A stretch of DNA of 64,000 bases from a virus, in IMG/VR virus record IMGVR_UViG_3300042197_000731, positions 32,001 through 96,000 of that record. The stretch is one strand, 5' to 3'. The position numbers and the translations under genes were made by a program. Under the pieces are notes generated by a model. It was not told the DNA's origin. It ran no database searches and saw only the letters and a list, made by a program, of their open reading frames with translations. Of this stretch, positions 10,564 through 20,880 are shown piece by piece; the first letter of the stretch is position 1, and every line of letters starts with the position of its first letter.

Positions 10564-12363
10564 ATGGCTTATACAATTAACCTAACAAACGGCACGATTC
10601 TAACAACAGTTGCGGACGGTACTGTAAACAGTACTTCATCCAGTTTAACGTTGATTGGTAAAAATTACGCTGGATATGGCGACTTCTTGAACGAGAATTT
10701 CGTACATATTGTAGAAAACTTTGCTGATAGCAATGCTCCTACCACACCATTAATTGGTCAACTCTGGTGGGATAGTGCGGGAAATCTGAAAGTTTATACT
10801 GGTTCAGTATTTCGTACGATAGGCACGATGACTTCAAGTAATACTGCTCCGACATCTTCGGTAACTGGTAGTTCTTGGTGGGATACTTTTAATCAACAAT
10901 TGAATGTATATAACGGATCAGCGTGGGTTCTTGTGGGTCCAGCGTTTACTAGTAGTACTGGTCAGAGTGGAACAATCGTTGGCACAATTACTGATAGTTC
11001 TGCCGCCAGTCACGTTGCGGTAAACGTTTATGTTGAAAATACACTAGTTGGAATTATTAGTAAAGATTCAGAATATACTCCGCAATCTGTAATTTCAGGA
11101 TTCACTTCCGTTAAGCCAGGTTTTAACTTATCCACTGCTGTAACAAATAACAAGTTCGTAGGTAGTGCTACTAACGCAGATGCTCTTGGCTCAGTTGCGG
11201 CAGCAAATTATGCAAGAACTGACACAGGAACAACTTTTAACAGTACAGTAAATGTAGCAAGTGGTAGTGGTTTAACCGTAGGCTCAAGTAATAACTTTAC
11301 TATATCTCATACAGGTGCATTAACTAAGTTAACAAACAATATCAACAATGCTAATATTGCTATTGAAGCAAATGTTGCTGGTGTAAAAACGGCTGCTATT
11401 ACCATTGATGGAACTTACGGTAGTACCATTATTGCTAATCTGAGCACATCTGGAGCGTTTGAAACCAGCGGTTATATTAGAACAACTCAAGGCGATGCTG
11501 CTACAAGTACTACAACTGGTGCTTTGCGAGTAGTTGGCGGCATAGGTTTGTCTGGAAATGTATTCACAAGTGCGAATGTTTACTCTGGTAATGTAATAAC
11601 TACTTCTAATGTAACGACTGCGAATGTAAACGCTTCTAATAAAATTAGAGCAACCGGAGGTGTAAATTCAACAAATGCTACAACTGGTGATATTATAGTT
11701 TCTGGCGGTATAGGTGTTGGTGGTAAAGTTTATGCTACAGGCGGATTTCAATCTGACACTTTTCTCTATGCGAACGGCGCTTCAATCATATCGACATTGA
11801 ATTTTAGTAATGCAAACGTAGCAAGTTACTTGCCAACATATACGGGAACATTTGGTGACGGTTCATCTGGTGTAATATTTAATGGTAGAACACTAACAAC
11901 GGGAGCTTCGGGAACTGCTGGTACTATTACTGGTACTTGGACTTTAAGTGGTGGATCAACTTTACAAGCAACATATGCTGACTTGGCAGAAAGATTTGAA
12001 GCTGATCAAGCATATGACTATGGTACAGTGGTTCAGTTCGGTGGAGATAAAGAAATAACTGCGGTGCGTGATGAACTTAGTACAGATGTTTTCGGAGTGG
12101 TGTCGCAATCTGCTGCGTATTTAATGAATGCTGGTGCTGGATCCAGTTCAACTCACCCTGCCGTTGCTTTAAGCGGTAGAGTGCCAGTCAAAGTACGTGG
12201 CAGAGTAAAAAAACATGATCGTTTAGTGAGCGCAGGAAATGGTACTGCTAGATCCGCTAAGCCAGAGGAAACCAATCCGTTCACTGTTATAGGCAGAGCA
12301 TTGGAAGATAAAAATAACGAAGATGTTGGCTTATTAACTGCCATGGTGTTAGTAAATAAATGA
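10564..12363 (+). CDS. Tail fibre protein with C-terminal intramolecular chaperone-like domain
   Basis: N-terminal LTLIGKNYAGYG..LNENF..PLIGQLWWD anchor, G/S/T-rich shaft with GALRVVGGIG repeats, and C-terminal YADLAERF...VALSGRVPVKV...IGRALE. Confidence 0.75.
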   Translation: MAYTINLTNGTILTTVADGTVNSTSSSLTLIGKNYAGYGDFLNENFVHIVENFADSNAPTTPLIGQLWWDSAGNLKVYTGSVFRTIGTMTSSNTAPTSSVTGSSWWDTFNQQLNVYNGSAWVLVGPAFTSSTGQSGTIVGTITDSSAASHVAVNVYVENTLVGIISKDSEYTPQSVISGFTSVKPGFNLSTAVTNNKFVGSATNADALGSVAAANYARTDTGTTFNSTVNVASGSGLTVGSSNNFTISHTGALTKLTNNINNANIAIEANVAGVKTAAITIDGTYGSTIIANLSTSGAFETSGYIRTTQGDAATSTTTGALRVVGGIGLSGNVFTSANVYSGNVITTSNVTTANVNASNKIRATGGVNSTNATTGDIIVSGGIGVGGKVYATGGFQSDTFLYANGASIISTLNFSNANVASYLPTYTGTFGDGSSGVIFNGRTLTTGASGTAGTITGTWTLSGGSTLQATYADLAERFEADQAYDYGTVVQFGGDKEITAVRDELSTDVFGVVSQSAAYLMNAGAGSSSTHPAVALSGRVPVKVRGRVKKHDRLVSAGNGTARSAKPEETNPFTVIGRALEDKNNEDVGLLTAMVLVNK

Positions 12364-12371
12364 GGTAACGT

Positions 12372-13310
12372 ATGACTTACGCATCTGGTGGATTAATACA
12401 AGCAAGTGATTTTAACACTTTTAACGGTGGTAGCGTCGCAAATGTTAGTGGACAGATAAACACGGTCTGGTCAACAGGAACTGGCAATGCCGGATATGGC
12501 CAGACCGCAGGATCAAATGTTAGTGTGAGTGGCACTATAAATGCCAGCGACTGGACAACATTATTTAATAACTTAAACGCGGCTAGAAAACATCAACTTG
12601 CTGGTAGTTATTCAAATCTGACTGTTCCAGCATCTGGCGGAACAATAACTTATGACGGTTCTTTATCCACCCAGTTAACCAATGCGTATACTGATAGATT
12701 AACAGCAGCAACAACTGGCTCAACCAGCACAGGAACTAATGACACTTGGAATCCATCGGCAGGAGCAACTACTGCTCTAGATACATTTAGAGATTGTAAT
12801 ATTGTTTTTGGCAGTTCAGATCAAGCACGATATTTTTTCAATGCTGGCGGAAGAATCGCTATGATATATAGTGCAGTGGATAATTCAGGGGCAAATGCCA
12901 GAAGTGTAAACATGCGTGATATGGTAAATCAAGTAGGTGGATTTAATACCTATAGAGGTTACAGTAATTCAGGCAGAACTGGCGCAGGTGGCAGTTTTAG
13001 CGTCAATAACACAGGTGTAGGTTATTATAATACTACATCAAGTGTAGTAACTTTCATTCAAAACGATGATACCGTTGCTCCATATAATTTATCTTATGTA
13101 CGAGTTCAACATTTTTATATTGGATTAACTACTAATGGAGCAAATGGTAATCAAGTAACTTTTAGATTATATCTTTATTCTCCTGCCGATGATGTTTACG
13201 GTGGATCTATCAATATAACTGTAACATCACGCTGTGATATAACTTTTCCATCTACCACCTATTTGTCTAATTCTTGGGGAACACCTACAATAAGTTATGA
13301 TAGTGCATAA
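12372..13310 (+). CDS. Virion structural protein (tail/fibre-associated)
   Basis: 312 aa, G/S/T/N-rich, with GYGQ and ARYFFNAGGRI motifs, directly after the tail fibre gene. Confidence 0.6.
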   Translation: MTYASGGLIQASDFNTFNGGSVANVSGQINTVWSTGTGNAGYGQTAGSNVSVSGTINASDWTTLFNNLNAARKHQLAGSYSNLTVPASGGTITYDGSLSTQLTNAYTDRLTAATTGSTSTGTNDTWNPSAGATTALDTFRDCNIVFGSSDQARYFFNAGGRIAMIYSAVDNSGANARSVNMRDMVNQVGGFNTYRGYSNSGRTGAGGSFSVNNTGVGYYNTTSSVVTFIQNDDTVAPYNLSYVRVQHFYIGLTTNGANGNQVTFRLYLYSPADDVYGGSINITVTSRCDITFPSTTYLSNSWGTPTISYDSA

Positions 13311-13602
13311 TTTAATTGAACAAATTAAAAAATCAAATGATATTACTGTAAGCAAATTAGCAGTAAAAGAAAAAAAAGATATTGAATTACAAATATTGTA
13401 TAATGATGGGTTATTTAAAATAACGCCACAATTAATATCTTTTATTTCAGTATGGCCCAAAGATACAGTATATATTGAAGATTGTTGCGAAAAACCAATC
13501 ATAATTAATAAACAAGAATTTTTAGAAATTATTGTATCTACATATGATAATGCTATGAATAAATTTCATGAAGAATATAATAAAATTATAAATGAAATCT
13601 AA
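13297..13602 (+). CDS. Hypothetical protein (possible fibre assembly accessory)
   Basis: 101-aa ORF overlapping both neighbours; LYNDGLFKITPQLISF. Confidence 0.55.
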   Translation: MIVHNLIEQIKKSNDITVSKLAVKEKKDIELQILYNDGLFKITPQLISFISVWPKDTVYIEDCCEKPIIINKQEFLEIIVSTYDNAMNKFHEEYNKIINEI

Positions 13603-14386
13603 AGGTGTTTTGCTATTTGCTTTTTCAACACAAGAAATAGATTATCTAAAAATAGCAGAAAAAAACAGTAGGTTAATTAAAAAATTTTTGAATTTGCCTG
13701 TATCGGTAGTAACCGACGTTGACTATAATTCTGATTTTTTTAATGTTATCAAAGTAGAAAAACAAGAAAAAAATAATGTTCGTATTGGCTTTAATCCATC
13801 AAAATCGTGGAAAAATTTTGACAGATGTGCCGCTTATGATTTGAGTCCATACGATACTACTTTATTATTAGATGTAGACTGTATAATTTTAGATAACTTT
13901 TTATTAAAATACTTTGATTTATGTGAAGATTATTTTATATTGAATAATCAATATTTTTTAAATGGCAAAGATGTTCATACAATGGGAATTTACGGAATTC
14001 CACATAAATGGGCTACGATAGTTATTTTTAATAAAACTAAAAAATCTCAACTAATGTTTGAATTAGTAAAAAAAATTCAAAATAATTATGAATATTACAG
14101 AAATTTATATCAAATAAGAGTAACTAATTTTAGAAACGATTTCGCATTTACGATAGCAGATTTGATAATAAATGGATATAATATACAATCAAAAAATGTA
14201 TTACAACATAAGATATTTGCCATTGATGAAAATGTGAAAGAATTAATTTTAAATGATGATATGATATATATGTTGACAGATAAATCTGGATATGTTATCC
14301 CTAAAATTACACTACATTTTATTGATAAGTATTTTTTATTTGATGAAAAATTTGATATTTTTTGTGATAGAATACTAAATGAGTGA
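13592..14386 (+). CDS. Putative GT-A fold glycosyltransferase-like protein
   Basis: AYDLSPYDTTLLLDVD (DxD motif), WATIVIF and FRNDFAF. Confidence 0.6.
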   Translation: MKSKGVLLFAFSTQEIDYLKIAEKNSRLIKKFLNLPVSVVTDVDYNSDFFNVIKVEKQEKNNVRIGFNPSKSWKNFDRCAAYDLSPYDTTLLLDVDCIILDNFLLKYFDLCEDYFILNNQYFLNGKDVHTMGIYGIPHKWATIVIFNKTKKSQLMFELVKKIQNNYEYYRNLYQIRVTNFRNDFAFTIADLIINGYNIQSKNVLQHKIFAIDENVKELILNDDMIYMLTDKSGYVIPKITLHFIDKYFLFDEKFDIFCDRILNE

Positions 14387-15197
14387 TATCGGCTTTTTAT
14401 CTATAGCACAAAATTCTGATGTAGATTATTTTCGGTTATGCTATTTTCAATGTTTATTTTTGAAAAAATCAATGCCTCAGATTCCGTATTCTGTAATTGT
14501 TGATCGTCATACATTTAATGATATTCCAGAAAAATGTAAAAATTATTTCAATTCAATAATTTTATTAGAAAAAAATTACGCCGCCGAAGATAATTGGAAA
14601 TTAAGCAATGAACCGCAAATATATAACTTAACACCATATTATCACACTATTAAATTAGAAAGTGATTTACTTATAACTAGAGATATTACGCATTGGATTC
14701 CTGCGCTATCAACTAAAGACATAGTTTTTAGTCATGGTTGTAAAAACTTTCTACAAGAAAAATCAAATAGTAAATTTTATAGACACTTTTTAGTAGATAA
14801 TGATTTACCAGATATATACAATGGATTAATGTATTTTAAGCGATCAGAATTGTCCAGAAAGTTTTTTGATATATCTCAAACAATATTTTTGAATTGGAAA
14901 GACATTGCTCCTAACTTTAACAATTATATAAACGTACCAGCATCAACTGATTTTGTTTATGCTATTGCGGCAAAAATATTAGGTGTAGAAAATTTTATTT
15001 TACCAACACTAGAGTTTTTTAATTTTGTTCATATGAAAAGGTATATAAACAACTGGTTATTTAACAATTGGCCTGATGTTGCTATTCATGAATTTGATGA
15101 TAGTATTCTTAGAATAGCAAATATAAATCAATATTATCCAGTTCACTATTATGATAAAAATTTAATTACAGATGATTTAATAGCACGTTATGAATAA
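14379..15197 (+). CDS. Putative glycosyltransferase-like protein (paralog of previous)
   Basis: LTPYYHTIKLESD, YNGLMYF, STDFVYA, FVHMK and PVHYYDK. Confidence 0.55.
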   Translation: MSDIGFLSIAQNSDVDYFRLCYFQCLFLKKSMPQIPYSVIVDRHTFNDIPEKCKNYFNSIILLEKNYAAEDNWKLSNEPQIYNLTPYYHTIKLESDLLITRDITHWIPALSTKDIVFSHGCKNFLQEKSNSKFYRHFLVDNDLPDIYNGLMYFKRSELSRKFFDISQTIFLNWKDIAPNFNNYINVPASTDFVYAIAAKILGVENFILPTLEFFNFVHMKRYINNWLFNNWPDVAIHEFDDSILRIANINQYYPVHYYDKNLITDDLIARYE

Positions 15198-15492
15198 AGA
15201 ATATGAATATAGAATATACTATGAAAATGAAACTGGTAGAATAAAAGGCCTTGCTCACGATAATTATCCTGACTGGGGTGAATATATAGTTGTAAATAAA
15301 CACGAATATGAAAACTATTTTAGATATTATGTTAAAAATGGTAAATTAGAGCCAGTAGTTATTGAACAAAGTTACTCTAATTTATTAAAGAAAAGCAATT
15401 CTGGATATAAAGTAGTAAAAAATAATGCAAATATATTAGTTGAAGATAACGAAGAATATTCAGATATTGAATACTATGATTACATTAAATGA
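15190..15492 (+). CDS. Hypothetical protein
   Basis: 100-aa ORF coupled to both neighbours. Confidence 0.55.
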   Translation: MNKEYEYRIYYENETGRIKGLAHDNYPDWGEYIVVNKHEYENYFRYYVKNGKLEPVVIEQSYSNLLKKSNSGYKVVKNNANILVEDNEEYSDIEYYDYIK

Positions 15493-16261
15493 ATTAGATT
15501 TTGTTTTCATTTCATACGATGAACCACGTAAGGAAGAATTTTTTGAGAAAAATTCATTAATAATTCCTAAGTTAAAAAGAGTAGATGGAATTACAGGAAT
15601 AGATACAGCACACAAAGTAGCAGCAAAATTATCTAAAACTGATTGGTTTGTAGTTATTGATGGTGATAATATAGTAGAGCAATCAATATTGAATGTAAGT
15701 ATAGAAGAAAATGAAGAATATAAATGTTTTAGATACAGATCTAAAAATTCAGTTAACGGTGTGGTGTCTGGTAATGGCGGTGTAAGTTGTTGGTCAAAAA
15801 ATTTTGTGCTTGGAATGTCTACACATGAAAATAGTGATGGATCTGATTTAGTTGAATTTGGAAATAAATGTAAGCCAACACGTGGTATATACAGTACGAC
15901 TTATATAAATCAAACAGCACATCAAGCATGGCGAGCAGGATTCAGAGAAGGTATAAAATTGTGTTTGATTGATGGTGTTAAACAATCAATTAAGAATTTT
16001 AATATACCTGTATTTCAAAATAAGAAAAATTTAAGTCTTTGGCATAATGTAGGCAAAGATGTTGAAAATGGTTTCTGGAGCATTTATGGCTCCAGATTTG
16101 GAACATATACTTTAATGTTTACCGATTTTGATATAAAAAAATTAAATGATTACAAATATCTACAAAATTTGTACTATAAAAATATTGATTTTGCTGAAAA
16201 AAATTGTATTAATCTAGGTGCTATATTGAAAGATAAACTTAATTTGGATATAATAAATTGA
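15476..16261 (+). CDS. Putative glycosyltransferase
   Basis: FISYDEP, AHKVAAK, VIDGDN (DxD), GNGGV and AWRAGFREGIKL. Start moved to the ATG at 15476. Confidence 0.65.
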   Translation: MITLNELDFVFISYDEPRKEEFFEKNSLIIPKLKRVDGITGIDTAHKVAAKLSKTDWFVVIDGDNIVEQSILNVSIEENEEYKCFRYRSKNSVNGVVSGNGGVSCWSKNFVLGMSTHENSDGSDLVEFGNKCKPTRGIYSTTYINQTAHQAWRAGFREGIKLCLIDGVKQSIKNFNIPVFQNKKNLSLWHNVGKDVENGFWSIYGSRFGTYTLMFTDFDIKKLNDYKYLQNLYYKNIDFAEKNCINLGAILKDKLNLDIIN

Positions 16262-16950
16262 TGATCTACGACAGTTTTTTTATCAGCAACGGTGAGCCAC
16301 TAGAAAATATACATTACGAACTGGCAAAGAGTACGTTTTCGGACTTAAAATGGATTCAAGGAATTAATTCCAGGGATTTGGCAATAAAAAAAGCAGCGAA
16401 AAATAGTACCACTGATTACTTCTATTGTGTGCCTGCTAAATTAAATATGTCAGAAAAATATTTAATTAATGATCCAGTAAATTCCATAGATCATAAACAT
16501 TATGTTTTTTATTGTCGTAATGTGTTAAATGATTTAGTATATGGACATCAAGGGTTAATATGTTATAATAAAAAATTAGTTTTAGAAACACTGTCCTGGG
16601 ATTTAGATTTTACGATGGCTCAGCCATTTCAAAGTATATTCAGAGTTATTGGCACTGCCGTATTTAATCAAACAGAGTTTATTACATGGAGGACTGCTTT
16701 TCGTGAAGTAATTAAATTATTACACCAACAGTCACTCAATCAGGGTGATATTAGAAATGGCAATAGATTGAATACTTGGTTAACATATACTAATGGTGGC
16801 AAATTTAGTGAGTGGTGTATACGTGGAGCAAATGATGGTAAAGAATATTACACATCTGTAGATGGTGAAATGTCCATGCTAAAGAAATCATTTAGTTGGG
16901 ATTGGCTGTATGAACATAGTAAATTATTAGGATACAATTTTAATAGGTAA
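16258..16950 (+). CDS. Putative glycosyltransferase-like protein (paralog of previous)
   Basis: FFISNGEP, LVYGHQG and WRTAFREVIKL. Confidence 0.6.
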   Translation: MMIYDSFFISNGEPLENIHYELAKSTFSDLKWIQGINSRDLAIKKAAKNSTTDYFYCVPAKLNMSEKYLINDPVNSIDHKHYVFYCRNVLNDLVYGHQGLICYNKKLVLETLSWDLDFTMAQPFQSIFRVIGTAVFNQTEFITWRTAFREVIKLLHQQSLNQGDIRNGNRLNTWLTYTNGGKFSEWCIRGANDGKEYYTSVDGEMSMLKKSFSWDWLYEHSKLLGYNFNR

Positions 16951-16952
16951 TT

Positions 16953-17468
16953 ATGAAAGAAAAATTCGTCAAAGCATATATGAAAACTGCGAAAATATTC
17001 GCGGATTTAAGCACAGCGGAAAAACTAAAAGTAGGTGCTATTGTCGTCAAAGACAATAGAATTGTTTCTATTGGCTATAATGGCACACCCGCTGGATGGG
17101 ATAACACTTGTGAAAACAAAGAGTGGATGGGTAATGTAGGAGGTTGGCTCGCTCCTGAAGAGATGAGAGAAGGCTGGCCATACGAAGGTACATATACGGA
17201 TTCCTCTGGTAATGTTATGAGTGGACGTTATCGTCTTAAAACAAAACCCGAAGTTATTCATGCGGAGCGGAATGCTCTTGATAAATTAGCACGAGATAAT
17301 GAAGGTGGAAATGGCGCATATATGTTTATAACACATGCGCCATGTCTAGAATGCGCCAAAAGTATATTTGGCGCTGGAATAAAAGAAGTTTTCTATAGTG
17401 AAGAGTATCGTAGTGTTGATGGCATTGAATTTCTAAAAAAGTGTAACATCAACACTACGAAAGTTTAA
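16953..17468 (+). CDS. dCMP deaminase
   Basis: VGAIVVK..GYNG, plus HAERNAL and PCLEC zinc-binding motifs. Confidence 0.92.
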   Translation: MKEKFVKAYMKTAKIFADLSTAEKLKVGAIVVKDNRIVSIGYNGTPAGWDNTCENKEWMGNVGGWLAPEEMREGWPYEGTYTDSSGNVMSGRYRLKTKPEVIHAERNALDKLARDNEGGNGAYMFITHAPCLECAKSIFGAGIKEVFYSEEYRSVDGIEFLKKCNINTTKV

Positions 17469-18388
17469 ACTGCCATCTTAGCAGTTATTGCTGGATGACA
17501 CTTATAGTTAATCAACTCTATATCAGCCATTGTGAATTTATCAATATCTTTGATAGATGAATTTAGTTTCAGAGTTGGCAACTCAAAATGTTCACGAGAT
17601 AATTGTTCTTTAACTTGATCCACGTGATTAAGATAGATATGAGAATCACCCAATACATGAACGAACTTACCAACTCGCATATCGCATACTTGTGCTATCA
17701 TGTGAGTTAGTAGGCTATAACTGGCGATGTTAAATGGAACACCTAAAAACATATCTGCTGAACGTTGATACATTTGACAACTAAGTTGTAATTCATCACC
17801 AACAGGTTCAACATAAAACTGAGCAAAACAATGACACGGTGGCAATGCCATTTGATCCAGTTCACCTACATTCCACGCAGTTAGAATGTGTCTACGGCTG
17901 AATGGGTCAACTTTTAAATCATGAATTAAATTCTTGAGTTGATCAATTTCAACTAATTGAGTAGTGGTTGTTCTACGATACACATTGCCGAAATTATCAC
18001 GATATGTACCTAGATCTCGTGGTATATGTTTACGCCACCGACGCCATTGAACGCCATAAATTCTGCCTAGATCACCGCTAAATTTACTTTTAGACTTCCA
18101 ATATTCAGCATTGGCATTAGCGGTCCAGATGGTATTTTTATCACTGTTGCGATCACCATGAAGAATTTCTTTTAGACGATTATCGTCACTGCTGCCCTCT
18201 ATAAACCACAGTAATTCACTGACTACTGACTTCCATGCTAATCTTTTAGTAGTAATTGCTGGAAAGCCGTCATTTAGATCAAAGGACATCTGTAGTCCGA
18301 ATGAACGAATGGTACCTACACCAGTTCTATCAGTTACCAACGTACCATTATCAAGTACATTTTGTAATGCGTCGTGATATGTTTTCAT
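17465..18388 (-). CDS. thyA: Thymidylate synthase
   Basis: DRTGVGT, ELLWF, MALPPCH, QRSADMFLGVPFNIASY and HIYLNH. Start taken at MKTYH. Confidence 0.96.
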   Translation of the reverse strand: MKTYHDALQNVLDNGTLVTDRTGVGTIRSFGLQMSFDLNDGFPAITTKRLAWKSVVSELLWFIEGSSDDNRLKEILHGDRNSDKNTIWTANANAEYWKSKSKFSGDLGRIYGVQWRRWRKHIPRDLGTYRDNFGNVYRRTTTTQLVEIDQLKNLIHDLKVDPFSRRHILTAWNVGELDQMALPPCHCFAQFYVEPVGDELQLSCQMYQRSADMFLGVPFNIASYSLLTHMIAQVCDMRVGKFVHVLGDSHIYLNHVDQVKEQLSREHFELPTLKLNSSIKDIDKFTMADIELINYKCHPAITAKMAV

Positions 18389-18392
18389 ACTT

Positions 18393-18896
18393 TTATCTAA
18401 AAATATCAATATTCTTGTAAGTAGTCCAGTTACAACGTCTATCAGTGCTAGGACATGCGCTATATGCTCTAAACCATCGGAGATATTTTTTCATATCTAC
18501 AGATGTATCAGCACGATATTGTCCGTAGATATGTGTGACATGTGCTTCGTCCACTAAATCTTTAGTTTCTTCTATGATTTTAGCACCACCAATGATCCAT
18601 ATAGTTTTTGATGGGTACATGCTTTCAATTTTGCGAATTTCTTCTTTCAGATCTCCGCGTATTGTTTTTACGTCTTTATATCCAGTAAGTGGTTTGGTAG
18701 TTACCACATAATTGATCCTATCTGGCAATGGCTTAGGGAATTTAGGATCATCCCATGTTTTTCTGCCCATAACAACTACATGTCCTGTAGTCATTTCTTT
18801 AAAATACTTCATGTCCTCTTTTAGATGCGGCCATGGCAAAGATCCTTTATAGCCAAGATTACCCCAGTAATCTACAGCGAAAATAGATTTAATCAT
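18393..18896 (-). CDS. folA: Dihydrofolate reductase
   Basis: LPWP, DMKYF, VVMGRKTW, PLPDRIN and IIGGA; adjacent to thyA. Confidence 0.93.
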   Translation of the reverse strand: MIKSIFAVDYWGNLGYKGSLPWPHLKEDMKYFKEMTTGHVVVMGRKTWDDPKFPKPLPDRINYVVTTKPLTGYKDVKTIRGDLKEEIRKIESMYPSKTIWIIGGAKIIEETKDLVDEAHVTHIYGQYRADTSVDMKKYLRWFRAYSACPSTDRRCNWTTYKNIDIFR

Positions 18897-19225
18897 AATT
18901 TTGATAAAAGTTTATCTGTTTCGGGTTGAACTGTTTTTTCAACTAGTTTTACGTCTACAAAAAAGTCTACATTAAATACGTTTTCGGCTAAATTCTCTAA
19001 ATGTTCTGTTATCTGATCTTCTATTACTTCTGGATCAATACCATCTTCAATTAGACTTTTTATTTCAATAATAATAGAAGTTCCATCATGTAGATTTATA
19101 GCCAGTTTATCAAGTACATGAATAGGAACTTCTTGCTTATCAATTCCTTTTAGTATTTCTTGCCAACGTTTTTTGTTACTTGTATTAAGTTTCTTTGACT
19201 TTGGTCTTTTTGGATTTGCTGGCAT
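18893..19225 (-). CDS. Hypothetical protein
   Basis: 110-aa ORF coupled to DHFR. Confidence 0.6.
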   Translation of the reverse strand: MPANPKRPKSKKLNTSNKKRWQEILKGIDKQEVPIHVLDKLAINLHDGTSIIIEIKSLIEDGIDPEVIEDQITEHLENLAENVFNVDFFVDVKLVEKTVQPETDKLLSKL

Positions 19226-19871
19226 TTGTTGGAGTAGACCCGTCTAATTGTGTTGCTTCAGCCTGTAGTCTTTCAGCCTCTGCTAGTAATGCCTTTGCTT
19301 CTGCCTGCATACGTTGTGCTTGAGCAAGCCTTTGTTTAGCAAGATCGGCATCACTGAGTACCTCGTTAATGGCGATTTTTGTATCAACTTCCGCTGGCTG
19401 ACTTCTACTCGCTGGAGGTACTCTTACTTCTCCTAGATCTTTTTGCTCTCTAACACGTTTTTTGCCTGACATTCCAGAATTAGCATCCAACTCTGCTAAC
19501 TCCTTTACTGCGGCCTCGCCCTGTTCCATCTTGATTAGAATGTTGTTTAGTTCATCTAGGCGTACAGTGCTCTTGGCATTTGGCGTGATGATTACCTGAT
19601 TAGTAGGTACTTTTTTAATCATACCTTCTTTGTGTAGTGTGGCTAACGCATTATTACCATCACTTAGGGTATATCTGAATAGATAATCACTGAAATCTTT
19701 GGCTTGTTGTCCAGATTCACTTTCTAATGCCTTCATGATATCATCATGAATGTGTTTTGGTAGTGTTTCTGGATATATTACTAAACACATATGATCTTCG
19801 CCTGGCACTGTTTTAAACAACACTACCACACGTTTATTGTTGTGTTTTCCAACATGTTTTATAACGTTCAT
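19185..19871 (-). CDS. Hypothetical protein with C-terminal coiled coil
   Basis: 228 aa with an Ala/Gln-rich heptad tail. Confidence 0.65.
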   Translation of the reverse strand: MNVIKHVGKHNNKRVVVLFKTVPGEDHMCLVIYPETLPKHIHDDIMKALESESGQQAKDFSDYLFRYTLSDGNNALATLHKEGMIKKVPTNQVIITPNAKSTVRLDELNNILIKMEQGEAAVKELAELDANSGMSGKKRVREQKDLGEVRVPPASRSQPAEVDTKIAINEVLSDADLAKQRLAQAQRMQAEAKALLAEAERLQAEATQLDGSTPTNASKSKKTKVKET

Positions 19872-19894
19872 ATTTGAAATCGTCCTTGAAAATA

Positions 19895-20095
19895 TTATTG
19901 ATTACTGGTATTCTTCAGAACACCGATATCAGTTAAAAAAGAAAATAGTTTTTCATATGCTGAACCTACCATGGTAAATTCTTCTGGCCTAAACGCACCA
20001 CGGCTACTGGCTAATTGAATAGCACTTATTAATGACACTAACTCCTGTGCTGGAATTTGAATTTCAACATTTTTAGATTGTTCTTGCTCAGACAT
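19895..20095 (-). CDS. Small hypothetical protein
   Basis: 66 aa (ASSRGAF motif) with a GAGGG RBS and upstream GTAAATA. Confidence 0.6.
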   Translation of the reverse strand: MSEQEQSKNVEIQIPAQELVSLISAIQLASSRGAFRPEEFTMVGSAYEKLFSFLTDIGVLKNTSNQ

Positions 20096-20145
20096 TATAT
20101 TTTCCCTCTGCTTTATTTACTCTATTGTTATGTATGTAAATATTT

Positions 20146-20418
20146 TTATTCAACTGAATACTTATTAATCATATCTAACTGTAGAGCAAATAGGGCTTTT
20201 TCAGAATGAATTTCAAAAGCAACACACTTTCTAAAATGTTTTTCATCAGTAACATCACCAATGAAAAATCTACCTTGAAGATTTTCTAATATCCAAACAA
20301 CAATATTTTTTTCTGCGGTTTTAATATCAAAATACAATCGTTCAAAATGCGGTGGGCAAAAGTCTAATCGTCGTAGACCATGAACGTTTAGCGGATTAAT
20401 AATCCCATATTTTAACAT
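20146..20418 (-). CDS. Hypothetical protein
   Basis: 90-aa ORF in a tightly packed minus-strand run. Confidence 0.6.
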   Translation of the reverse strand: MLKYGIINPLNVHGLRRLDFCPPHFERLYFDIKTAEKNIVVWILENLQGRFFIGDVTDEKHFRKCVAFEIHSEKALFALQLDMINKYSVE

Positions 20419-20420
20419 AG

Positions 20421-20876
20421 TTATTTCTTTTCTTCAGACAAGGTAGCAATTAGCATAAATTGTTCATATGCTATTCTAGTGGACTCATTTTGAAGTAATT
20501 TATGTGCCTCGTGAATCATTACCTTAATGCCGGCATCTACACATTCCTGAATACTAGCGCCACGTAAAACACTTAGTTGGTCACCAGTTAATGTTCTAAA
20601 ATTTTCCCATGCTTTTATTTCTTCTTCGGTGTATGGTTTTACTGCAGGACGAAGTTCGCTGGCTTTTAGTATTGCTTTAACTATTACCTCTTCGGCAATT
20701 CTACTAGCAGCAATTAACGCGGCATAGTTAGGATCTATATTATACTTACGACTTTCTAAGCCTGGGCGACAGTATATTAAATGATGACCATGAGGTAATG
20801 CGTCAATAAAATCTGAATCATGTTCTTTTACAGGAACATATTTTTTCCCTATCTTTTCGTAAAATATCTTCTTCAT
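20421..20876 (-). CDS. Hypothetical protein
   Basis: 151-aa ORF with operon-like spacing. Confidence 0.65.
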   Translation of the reverse strand: MKKIFYEKIGKKYVPVKEHDSDFIDALPHGHHLIYCRPGLESRKYNIDPNYAALIAASRIAEEVIVKAILKASELRPAVKPYTEEEIKAWENFRTLTGDQLSVLRGASIQECVDAGIKVMIHEAHKLLQNESTRIAYEQFMLIATLSEEKK

Positions 20877-20880
20877 ACTA

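Noticed and set aside
17465-18388. dCMP/dUMP hydroxymethylase instead of thymidylate synthase
   Set aside because: It has canonical ThyA motifs including the specificity Asn, and DHFR is adjacent.
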